From assembly GCF_963506605.1 (NCBI RefSeq), contig NC_083280.1:8060001-8124000 (forward strand): a stretch of 64,000 bases of DNA. Reading direction: 5' to 3'. A program made the translations under genes and the position numbers. The DNA is from Zootoca vivipara. Its lineage: Eukaryota. The notes under the pieces were generated by a model. The model was not told the origin of the DNA and made no database searches. It saw only the letters and a list, made by a program, of their open reading frames with translations. This document shows, one piece after another, positions 42,296 through 52,792 of the stretch. Numbering within the stretch: position 1 is the first letter of the stretch; every line of letters starts with the position of its first letter.

Positions 42296-42308
42296 ATGGA
42301 GCTGAACC
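42296..42308 (+). CDS. THPO: Thrombopoietin first coding exon (MELN + 1 nt); exon probably starts at 42014
   Basis: ggcATGGAGCTGAACC|GTGAGT: 13-nt coding stub as in other THPO genes; pyrimidine tract and AG at 42012-42013. Confidence 0.88.
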
Positions 42309-43869
42309 GTGAGTGCTGGGCTCGCCCCAAGGGATCTCAGAAGACACAGGCAGGTCTCCTGGGGAGACCGGCCTGTGGGTCAGCCACACACCCTTCTCTG
42401 CTGGGAGCCCTCCTTCTCCCCAGTCCTAGATGGCTGGAGGGAAAGGCACTCTGTGCATGGGCTGGAGCGAGGAGTCTGACTCCGGCAGACCTGGCTGAGT
42501 CTCAGGGGCTGTGGATGGTGTTGCCTCCAGTCCAGAGCATCCTGAGAAGGAGCAGGGGTTGATCTAGGTGGCCCTCAGGGCCCCTTCCAACTCTACCATT
42601 CTCTCCAGGACTTCCTATCCACTATGGATTTCCCCAAGGACAAGTCTTGCTGTTACACACAGCAGCGCCTCTCTAAAAAGCAGGGTGGTGCTCCCCCCCC
42701 CAGAAATGTTGCTTACGGGTAATTGTATGCAGATGCATGCTCATTGGACTAGTTCCTTCATTGACAAATGGTCATGTGGGTCATTGAATAACAGTACAAT
42801 CCCCTGCATGCCAAAATCAGTCCTGCTGAATTTGGTGGGGCTTACTCATGAGTGGGTACAAGATTGCAAAATAAATAATAAAAATTCCTTCCAGTAGCAC
42901 CTTAGAGACCAACTACTAAGTTTGTCATTGGTATGAGCTTTCGTGTGCATGCACACTTCTGCAGATGCAAGACAAGATTGCAGCGTGAGATTTAGTTCAT
43001 TGGGTGACGTCTTTTAATTAGCAGAGGAAAGAACTTGGATCCTGTTTTGTTTTCATGAAGCCCAGTTCAGGCCAGCGGTGAAAATTCTGGAGAAGTAACG
43101 AAACTGAAATTGCTATTTCCAGCATTCGGGTGGGTGGAGAGTGCTGTGCCTAAAACCTTCACCCTCTCCCTCTAGGTGATCCTTCCCTCCACCTCAATTA
43201 TCAGGTCTGGTTAAGGTTTCTCTGTGTTGAAGGCCAGGCTCTCTGCACATGCTCAGAGGCCCCTTTGCAGCCTCACATGTTCAGCTGCTAAGCCTTGGCA
43301 TGTGCACAACACACCATTCCAGAATACAGCAAATATTAATACAATACTGGAAGGTGTTTGAACAGGAAGGAGAAGGCACCCACCCCTTTGTAACTGAAAT
43401 GCACATTGAACCAATAATGTCTGAAATCCAGTTTCACCATCATCCTGGTCCTCTATTCATACGCAGAACATTTTCTTTCTGGGTCAAAGGAGGTGTGTGT
43501 GCACATACAATCTCTGTGTGTAGGAAGGAGAGGTACTTGTTATGTCCTTGTCATCTGCCTGATAGCTCCGCTTTGGAGGGGCAAATTTAACCGGGGAATT
43601 GGATTGGGAAGGGAATTGTGGAGTCTGTGGACAGATCCTTTGCCTGCAAACTCACCCAAATTCAGCCTCTCATTACCCGGGGCTGAGGGTTTCCTTGTCC
43701 CACCTAATTTTATCATCATCATTCATCACACTTATTTCTCAGCTTTTCCTCCATGGCTCTCAATACGTGGTTTCCTGTCCTCCTGATTTAATCCCAACAA
43801 CCCTGTGAAATAGATTGACCTGAGAGGAAAGCCCAATGTTAAATGAGGAGGGGGAGAACCTCTTTGAGG

Positions 43870-43946
43870 AGGAAGGAAGGAAGGAAGGAAGGAAGGAAGG
43901 AAGGAAGGAAGGAAGGAAGGAAGGAAGGAAGGAAGGAAGGAAGGAA
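43870..43946. repeat. (GGAA)n microsatellite
   Basis: Pure repeat about 75 nt upstream of the TBCB retrocopy. Confidence 0.98.
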
Positions 43947-44061
43947 GTCTAGGGAGCCCACCTGCCAAGCTGATTCAGAGCATACCAAACATTTGGCCAT
44001 CTTGTCCACAAATTATGCAGTCGAGTGCTTCTGTCCGAGGGGGACGGGCAGCCGGTTCGGG

Positions 44062-44802
44062 ATGAGCGTCGTGACGGGGACCCCCGCGGTGGTGTCCGTA
44101 TCCATCAGCAGCACCCTCAACTCCTTCCGGGCCCTCAAGAGATACGCCCGGGGGCTCACCCTCGCCGAGTTCAAGTGTAAGCTGGAACTGGTTGTGGGAA
44201 GTCCGGCATCATGCATGGACCTTGAGCTCTATACTCCAGATGACAAGTTTGTGATGAAACTCGACAGCGACGAGGCCTTGCTGGGGTCTTACCCCATCGA
44301 CGACGGGTGCAGGATTCATGTTATTGACACGAGTGGTGCAACCATCGGGGAATATGAAAATGTGTCAAACGTGGAGAAATTCGAGATAACCGATGATGAA
44401 TATGACAAGCGAAGAGATACAGCACGCTCCTTCATGAAAACAAGTAAGCTGGGGCACTACAATGCGGAAGAAATGATGAAGAAGGAAGCAGAGAGGGAGC
44501 AGAAGCTGGTGGAGGAGAAGGCCCTGGCGGAAGCCATTTCCGTGGGGTCAAGGTGTGAGGTGCGGGCAGCAGGGCAGCCCAACAAACGAGGGACAGTGAT
44601 GTACGTTGGCTTAACGGAGTTCAAGCCTGGTTACTGGGTCGGCATCAAGTATGATGAGCCTGTGGGGAAGCACGACGGAAGCGTCAACGGAAAGCAGTAC
44701 TTTGAGTGCCAGCTCAAGTACGGCGCCTTCGTGAAGCCTCGCTTCGTCACCGTGGGGGATTTCCCGGAAGTGGTGGACTATGGCCTGGATGACGAAATGT
44801 GA
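44062..44802 (+). CDS. TBCB: Intronless tubulin-folding cofactor B retrocopy (246 aa, intact ORF) inside a THPO intron
   Basis: Ubiquitin-like domain ([22 protein letters not shown]), coiled coil and CAP-Gly ([27 protein letters not shown]) in one uninterrupted ORF; short GC-rich 5'UTR from about 44020; 3'UTR ends in ATTAAA (45385-45390) at an assembly gap. Confidence 0.95.
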   Translation: MSVVTGTPAVVSVSISSTLNSFRALKRYARGLTLAEFKCKLELVVGSPASCMDLELYTPDDKFVMKLDSDEALLGSYPIDDGCRIHVIDTSGATIGEYENVSNVEKFEITDDEYDKRRDTARSFMKTSKLGHYNAEEMMKKEAEREQKLVEEKALAEAISVGSRCEVRAAGQPNKRGTVMYVGLTEFKPGYWVGIKYDEPVGKHDGSVNGKQYFECQLKYGAFVKPRFVTVGDFPEVVDYGLDDEM

Positions 44803-45390
44803 CGGGGAGAGGAAGAGGTGCAGGGGTGGCTGAAGGAAGCGGAGCGGGTCGCCATGCGGCCTCTGTTAATGGCTGGCTGTGGCGCTCTGATCCCATGTGC
44901 GAGGTCACTTGAGCAAGCCAAAGGGAGAAGGCGCGAAAAGCCGCTGTGTGTTCTTCGACTTGTGTTGGTGGTTTCCTTCCCCCCTTCCCTTTCTCCTGGT
45001 TGTGTCTCGTCTGTTCCGTGAAGATGCTACATCCCCATGATTTTTCTCACATTCACACCCTTCTTTGCCGGCTCAGTTAACCCAGAGAAAACTGGAGTGC
45101 CCTTGCCTTGTTGTAGCAATCCTTGAAGGGGTGGGGCCTGGGGGTGGCAGCAAAGTCGCTCCTGATTCCCCCACCCCACGCCACCCCGGTAGTAAGGCCT
45201 GCTGGTTGCAGAAGCAGTTAGTTGAGCAGGATGAAAAGAGAACCTCTGAGCAGATTTGTACAAGACCCTTCCTGCTTTTTTAAAAGTAAATGCAGACATT
45301 TCTATGACCATGCATTTTTTCCCCGTTGTGAAAAGTTGTGTTTTTTTTTTTGTGCTGCTGGCCGATGCTATGTGAATACGATAAATTAAA

Positions 45391-45526
45391 NNNNNNNNNN
45401 NNNNNNNNNNNNNNNNNNNNNNNNNNNNNNNNNNNNNNNNNNNNNNNNNNNNNNNNNNNNNNNNNNNNNNNNNNNNNNNNNNNNNNNNNNNNNNNNNNNN
45501 NNNNNNNNNNNNNNNNNNNNNNNNNN
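45391..45526. other. Assembly gap (136 N)
   Basis: Run of N where the retrocopy poly(A) tail and 3' target-site duplication would be expected. Confidence 1.
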
Positions 45527-45552
45527 TCTCTCCTCCCTCAAACCTCCCTTAG

Positions 45553-45680
45553 GGCTCCTTCTCCTCACTGTATTCGTGCTCCATATGGACCTGTTCGAGA
45601 TGAGTCCCACCAGACTGGTTTGTGACAGGCGGCTAATCCAGAAGTACATCACCGAAGCCATGGACTTGGAGGAGAAAGTG
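45553..45680 (+). CDS. THPO: Thrombopoietin coding exon 2
   Basis: cttag|(R)LLLLTVFVLHMDLFEMSPTRLVCDRRLIQKYITEAMDLEEKV|gtaagc; 128 nt; EPO/TPO helix A with first Cys. Confidence 0.95.
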
Positions 45681-46831
45681 GTAAGCAATGCTGTTACACT
45701 TCACCTGGGCAGATCGGGGCCCTTGGAGTCTTGGCATATTTTGCTGGCTTCCACAGTCTTTCCTTAAGGTTGCACCACTCACTGAGTGGGGGGCATGTGG
45801 TACGTGGCCCAGAATAATATTCAGAGCTGTCCAAGACATTTGGCACCTGAGGCAGACCCCAAAATGGGGCCTTCCTTCCCGCCGCCAGAAAAGAAGGGGT
45901 GAGGGCAGATCTACATCAGAAATGAGGGAGAAAGATTGATACTGTACTGTGACCTGTTGCCTGGTGAATTCTGCCGCCTGAGGTACTTGCCTCACTTTGC
46001 CTCATGGGTGGGCCGGCCCATGATAATACTGCCCAGCTGCAATGAAGGACACCTTCCTCAGTCTAGTGCAGGGTTTCCCAAACTTGGGTCTCCAGCTGTT
46101 TTTGGACTACAACTCCTATTATCCCTAGCTAGCAGAACCAGTGGTCAGGGATTATGGGAATTGTAGTCCAAAAACAGCCAAGTTTGGGAAACACTGGTTA
46201 AAATGTTTTGGACCGCAACTCCCATCAGCCCCAACCAGCTCAGTAGAATTTTTAACCACACAGCACACAGCGTTGGGGCAGCCACTATTTCCTGCAGTTG
46301 TGTGGATAAAATGCAGGGTGAGAACCATGTGTCTACACTAGTGGCTGAAACTGTGGAAACCTTTTGGAGAAAGTGTATTTTTGAGGTTTGATGGCTCATA
46401 ACACCTTTTTTTTTAAGTAATACCATCAATTTATATATCATTGGAAAGATAATTTAATGAAGAATGTAATGCAACAAAGTATGTTCAATTATCTGTATTC
46501 TATCAAAAGCTATAGCCAAATAACAAGAAACAGGAGTGTTTAGAGAGCTAATCAGGTGTCATCTTGTTTTGGCAACAATGGCTCATAACACATTTTTTTT
46601 GGAGTACTAATACCATAAAATTATATATCAATGGAAAGATGAGCTGCAGCCCCAAACCATGTTATTTCGGGTACCCATGAAGTTCGGCCGTATTTGCTTT
46701 GCACCTCATTTGCGGGGTGCAACTTGTTGGGGGCCAGGTGCCAGGTGGTTGCATTTGCCCTGCACATTTGGCCATTCCTGCCTGCTGGCCTGGTTGCTTC
46801 TCCTCTCAGGGGTTTTCTGTCCTTTCCGCAG

Positions 46832-46918
46832 AGCCAGTGCGGGGAACTCCCCTTTCTCCAGCAGCCTGTGCAGCTGCCCCTGGTTGGGTTCAGCCTCCGA
46901 GAGTGGATGGCAAAGACA
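46832..46918 (+). CDS. THPO: Thrombopoietin coding exon 3
   Basis: ccgcag|SQCGELPFLQQPVQLPLVGFSLREWMAKT|gtgagt; 87 nt; SQC and LP.V.FSL.EW motif. Confidence 0.96.
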
Positions 46919-48190
46919 GTGAGTATGTAAAAAATCAACAACTCACCCACTATGGGTCAAGGGCTGGGGCCTGGGCTTGTTGAGCTGTGATGGCTTTTAC
47001 CCAAATGCTACAAGCATTTGACCTAAAAGAAGATGCCATGGCAGGCTGGAGGGCTCACACTCAGGTTCCCAGCCAGCCATGGCATCTGCTATGAAACTAA
47101 TGAAGCTTCCGCTTCGAGGCTGCTAATTTCAGAAGGGCCTTGGAACATGGGCATAGCCAGGTGGGATGGGTAGGGCAGCTTCCTCCCCACAAATCAAGAA
47201 AATAAATAAAATAAATACTTAACTAAAACTAGAAATAATCAGAATATTTGGAATTGAAATACTCACTGAGGTCACCAGGATGATGCTGTGGTGCATTCTA
47301 GTGACACAACTGAACGATAGGCATGGCTTCTGTGAACTGACCAATCACGTCGCAGGTAGCTTGGTTCTGGAACAGGACATGGGGCTATCATGCCTGCCCA
47401 CCCCCCAACATAAATCCTGGCTGGGCCCATGCCCCAGAAATGACTTCAGTCCACATTCCTTTTTAAAAAAAAATGGGTCTAGTAGATTCGGTTTCACCAT
47501 TCTGTGATGCACTATGCATATAACGTTTCCTTAATTTTCACCCCGCTCACAACTCGAAAACCGTAAGGCATAGGAAATATTTATTCACTGTGTTGACTTG
47601 GACGTGTGAGACAACCCAGTACAGCAACTTTAATCAAAATCTGGGGTGTAGTAGCGGAAGTTGTTGTTGTCGTCATCATTATCATTTTAAAAAGTGATCT
47701 GTTGTGGAACAACCCCATTGAAGAAGGTAACAGGGCTTACCCAGGCCTCGTTGCTAGTTGCTCAAGCTTCAGGACCCCCAAAATGTAGATCTGCCACTGC
47801 CTAGGATACTCCATTCCGCACAGGCCCTGCAACAGACCCTGCTATTCCGCAGCCACGGATGCTTGGTCCTCACTGGGTTGTTCTGCGTCCTCCTATTTCC
47901 ATTTAATCTAATCTGACTCCTGCAAGGCAACACCACCCTCTTGTGGTGCTGCTTTGATTACGCCAGAAGAAGCACAAGGAGAAGGAGTTTGCTTCCACTC
48001 ATCCTTGTCCCGCCACCAATCCCTGGGCTCTGAGCCTTGAGAGTTCCTCAGCTGGTTTCTTCCGCCATTCCTCAGCGTCCAGCCGCTCCATGACATACTA
48101 GGACCTGGAAGAGCAGAGTTTGAATCTCCCATCTATACCTATCTCACAGGTTTGCTGTGAGGATTAATAATAACAATAATAATAATATGG

Positions 48191-48239
<49 letters not shown>

Positions 48240-48709
48240 TTATTTATACCCCACCCATCTGGCTGGGTTTCCCCAGCCACTCTGGGCAGCTCCCAACAGA
48301 ATATTAAAAACAAGATAAAACATCAAACATTAAAAACTTCCCTAAACAGGGCTGCCTTCAGAAGTCTTCCAAAAGTCAGAAAGTTGTTTATTTCTTTGAC
48401 ATCTGACGGGAGGGTGTTCCACATGGCGTGGGCCACTACCGAGAAGGCCCTCTGCCTGGTTCCCTGCAACCTCACTTCTTGCAGTGAGGGAGCCGCCAGA
48501 AGCGCTGGACCTCAGTGTCTGTGCTGAATGATGGGGGGGGCGATGCTCCTTGAGGTATATTGGGCCACGGGCAGGGAGAAGTCTGGACACCACCTTCAGA
48601 TCTATGGAGCAAAGCTGAGATACGACCACAACAACCAACCAACCGATAAATAAATAAATAAGAAATGTCAGAATCACCCAACGACTGCCCCTCTCTCTTA
48701 CTCTTTCAG

Positions 48710-48874
48710 AACCAAGACAAAGGGCAAGAAACCCTCCGTGATCTGGCTAACTTGGTGGATGGCACAGCAGCTGCCCAAAACCAGCTGAGCCAGGGCTGCG
48801 CCTTGCCACTACTCCAGCAGCTTTATGAGAAAGCCAGCTCCTTCCTCCTGCAGCTCCGAAACTTTGGGTGGCAG
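48710..48874 (+). CDS. THPO: Thrombopoietin coding exon 4
   Basis: tttcag|NQDKGQETLRDLANLVDGTAAAQNQLSQGCALPLLQQLYEKASSFLLQLRNFGWQ|gtgaga; 165 nt. Confidence 0.93.
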
Positions 48875-48998
48875 GTGAGAGGCCAAAGGGGGCTTCCCCA
48901 GGATGATGATGACGGTGGTGTATTAAATTTGTGTACTGCCTTTCATCCGTAGACCTCACAGCGGTTCACAACATAAAATACAAAATAAAAACACAAAA

Positions 48999-49870
48999 TC
49001 TCTCTATATAAAAATGTAAAAGGTCCATGTTTGTGTTTCATGACCTATCTCCAAAACCGCTTGACTGATTGAGTTGCCATTTGGACACAATGTTCCTGTC
49101 CAATATGCGAGTGTTTCCATAAACTTAGATTACGCAGATGTGACACCTGTCACAGGTAAAAACATGAATTTGTGTGTGGGGGGGGGAAATAGCTCCCTCC
49201 AGTGGACGGCAAAGGAACAGATGCCATTTCTGTACTGCTGCCACACCCCACCCACCCTCTGGCTCCCCTCCGACCTCACCACCCCTGCCCCCTACTCCTC
49301 CTCCTCCTACCTCACCAGGCCGCTCCAGAGCCAGACCGGGCCCACAAGTCCCCTCCCTCGACTCTGGGCACGGCGGGAGAGGTAGGCCCGCTCCCATCGC
49401 CACTCTCTCTGGAATCAGGCCTGGCCCCGATCTCGCGTCTGTCGCCCCGACACCTCCTGCAGAGCCAGGCCAGGCCCCAACCTCACGTCCACCTTCCCAG
49501 ATGCCACCTCCACGTTCAGGCCGGACCCACAAGTCACCTCCGCCGACTCCGCCGACGGCAGGAGGGACAGGCCCGGTCCCGCCAGCAGACCAGACCATGC
49601 CCCAAAACCACCTCCACCATGAGGAAAACGGGAGACTCTCCCCCACATTACCTACAGGTACCCCCTTACCCACCGGGGGACCCACACAGAGCCTCCCCAA
49701 ACTACGAATACTTCATATGGGGGGGGGAAACCAGACAGGGCTTGGGGGGGGGTCACGTCCTCCCTGTGTCCTGGGAAACGGGACCCCTGACCTGCCAAGG
49801 TGGTCCATTCCACTGTGGAAGAACACTTATCGGCAGAAATTTCTTGCTAATGTGTAACACGGCTACCTAC
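48999..49870 (+). mobile_element. Possible non-autonomous Helitron in the last THPO intron
   Basis: A^TCTCTCTATATAAAAATG 5' end and GC-rich interior; 3' CTAG end degenerate. Confidence 0.45.
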
Positions 49871-50532
49871 CTGTAGCCAACACTTGTGCTCGGAAATATA
49901 CTTGGAGCCAGTGAAGATCCTTCAGGACCAGTGTTATAAGGTCCCGCCTTTCATTCCCAGTCACCAGTCTAGCTGCCACATTCTGGCTTAGTTGTAGTTT
50001 CAGAATCACCTTCAAAGGTGGCCCCACGTAGAGCGCATTGCAGTAGTCCAAGCAGGATACAGTGGTACCTCTACTTACGAACTTAATGCATTCCTAACGC
50101 ACATTTGTAAGTCGAAAAAATTTGTAAGTCGAATCCCATAGGAATGCATTGAGAGAGAAAAATTGTAAGTAGAAGCAACCCTATCTAAAAATTCGTAAGT
50201 AGAAAAAATCCTATCTAAACAGCATCCAAGATGGCGGACGGAGCTCCATTTGTAAGTAGAAACATTTGTAAGTAGAGTTATTCGTAAGTAGAGGTACCAC
50301 TGTATATCCAGAGCATGTACCACTCTGGCGAGAAAGTTTGCAACTGTTCCTCATAAGGCATGATTTCCAAGACCTTTTATCATCCTGCATTCAAGATTTA
50401 TTCATTTCAGAAATTTTATGCTTGTTTTTTTAAAAAAACATTCAAAGCAGTTTACCAAAAATAATGTTTTTTCACTGTGGCCCCTTAGCCCTGACAGGCA
50501 CCCACACACTTGTTTTCCTTTTCTCATTCTAG

Positions 50533-50751
50533 GAACAGAACCCAACTGCACAGCCCGAGAGCAGCTCCCAGTTAATTCCTGAAAGAAACCTTAGGACAAT
50601 CTTTGAGACCTACAAACAGCTTGTGCGGGGAAAGCTGCGCTTCCTCTTCCATGACTTGTGGAAAGACTCCTGCAGTGCGGAAGATCAACAGAGGGCTGCC
50701 AACCCTGCAGTCCTGCAACCTCCCAGTCGGAACACCTCGAGGGGCAACTGA
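50533..50751 (+). CDS. THPO: Thrombopoietin last coding exon
   Basis: ttctag|EQNPTAQ...RTIFETYKQLVRGKLRFLFHDLWKDSC...NTSRGN*; L.RGK.RFL helix D motif; total CDS 612 nt = 203 aa + stop. Confidence 0.93.
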   Translation, partial: EQNPTAQPESSSQLIPERNLRTIFETYKQLVRGKLRFLFHDLWKDSCSAEDQQRAANPAVLQPPSRNTSRGN

Positions 50752-52325
50752 AAGACCCCCCCATGGGCCTGATCCTTCAAGGGAGAGAAGCACAGCACAA
50801 GTAGTAGGCCCTCTGGTGGCCAGGTGTGGAAGAGCAAGCCTAGCCAAGCCCTCAAACCACAGGGGTCAGGAAAAAAAACCACACACCCAAGGAAGGAGGA
50901 GACCCTCATCGTGAAGGCTTGCTCTAGCTGCCTGCAGAAAAGTGTTTCCAGAGCTGAGCGAGCCCAGCTAGGTTACTGGAAAGAACCGGCTGCCAGCCAC
51001 GATGGCGACATCCTACTGTTGGAGGCAGCACACCCGTCTTTCAGCTGCAGGGCATCACCGGGGGAGAGTGTGTGGCTGCACTCAGGTCCTGCTTGCAAGC
51101 TTCCCAGAGGCACTGGACTGGACTGGGAAGTGTCCCGATTTTCCAGGGACAGTCCTGAAAAGACAGAAGCTGTCCCAGTTTCTGATTTGATCCCGGAATG
51201 TCCCACTTTCTCTTTGGACACCCCTGGTTTCATCAGAGAAATGTTGGAGGAGATGGAATAGGATTCCCTATTTTCACTGGGAAAATGTCAGAGGACACCC
51301 CTCTTTTCACTGAAGAAATGTTGGGAGGGATAGAATAGGATGTCCCTGTTTTCATTGGAGAAATGTTGGGAGGATATGCTGTAATGAATGGATACTGGAC
51401 TTACAGTCTCAAGGCAGCAGCCAAGCTCCTCACATGATCTTATACTCTTGGAGCCATTCATCGCCTTGCTTGGGAAAGGGACTGAGATTTTAGGAGCTCC
51501 GCCCCGCCCCGCCCCGTACTCTGTGCAAAGCCATTGGGGCAAGTGGGCATTACTCAACATCTTGAGAGAAAGGACAGCAGCTCTTTCCTCTCTAAGAGAC
51601 CATGATGGGCGCTTGGACTTCCTCAGTATCAGGGCTTCCAGCTGCAGGAGGCACAGTGAATAGAAAACACTTAGAATTCCTCTCCAGGCCTTCCCCCATC
51701 TGGGGTGGAGTGTGCCAGGGACATTGGAGGCAGGTCTGACCACAAGCCTCCACATTATTCCTATACGGCTTTGAACACGGTCCACCGGAGAAATTGAACC
51801 AAGATGGGTGCCCCCACCTCCTGCAATTCCACACACAGAAGCTGACACAGGTCTCTTACTTTGATCCTGGAGATGGGATCCTATCCTGTCCTGTGCCGGT
51901 TAATGGCCTAGTTAAATGGATGTGAGGCCAGCTGTGAATATGTCACTGCTGTTGCTTCCAGTGACCTCAGTCTGCCCAACGGTAGGGCCAGGTCCAGTTA
52001 GAAGTAACCCCTGAATACAACCAGAGTATTTGGTTAAAGTGGGGGCAGCCTCTGGCACATTTAAAAGTTGTCACCCAACTTCTGTTCTCCTCCTGACACC
52101 AATAGCCAGGGTGCACGGCGTGGGCAGCTGTGGAACAAGAACAGCTGGCTTCGGTCAGCAGGAGACACCTGAGCAAAAGGGGAACACCTCTTGCATCTGC
52201 CTATGGTTGTGGGATCCTCCCTTCCACCTATGAGTGGCAGCAGGAGACTGATTAGTTTGAATACTAATAAGACCTGGTTTATACCACCAGTGAATGCACT
52301 AAACATAACTGAAAGCAGGAGAAAC

Positions 52326-52382
52326 TACTGAAGAAGCCCGTCATATGGGCGAAACAGGCGAAAAACGCCGGCAGCCTGTCTA
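52326..52382 (+). ncRNA. Type I hammerhead ribozyme core, probably from a Penelope-like element or retrozyme
   Basis: CTGAAGA 52328-34; stem II GCCCG/TGGGC; GAAA 52351-54; stem III CAGGC/GCCTG; GTC triplet 52378-80; proximal stem I only 2 bp. Confidence 0.75.
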
Positions 52383-52786
52383 CCATTGACACTTCGTTCG
52401 ACCTGCTGCCACTTTGCTGACCGCTAGCTATATAGCCTCAAAGATCATAAAGACTGGTTTGCCTTTCGGTATTTATTTGTACATGCTATCAGCTTGACGT
52501 TAGGTTTTGGCTTCTGTGTCAGCACTTGTATATGGTTCTCTTATTGTTTTCTTTTTGGATTAATAATACTTGATTGAAACCTGATTGAATCTTGTGCCCT
52601 TGCGTGCTGCTTGTTTTGTATTGGACTTTTGAAGAAATTGGCAGCATTAGCCCATTATCTTTGTTTTTGTTGTACCCACTCAGAAGGAGGCAGGGTATGG
52701 TGCCTTAAGAGACTGGATCAGAACCGGCCTTTCCTGAGACTCTGTGCTGGAAGAGCACAAAGGCTTTCTACACAAAACCTTAGAAC

Positions 52787-52792
52787 AATAAA
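52787..52792 (+). terminator. First canonical poly(A) signal after the THPO stop
   Basis: AATAAA followed by U-rich and GU-rich sequence; I saw no AATAAA or ATTAAA between 50751 and here. Confidence 0.5.

Noticed and set aside
49125-49876. Pro/Gly-rich ORFs of 191-227 aa
   Set aside because: Low-complexity interior of a repeat; no recognisable domain.
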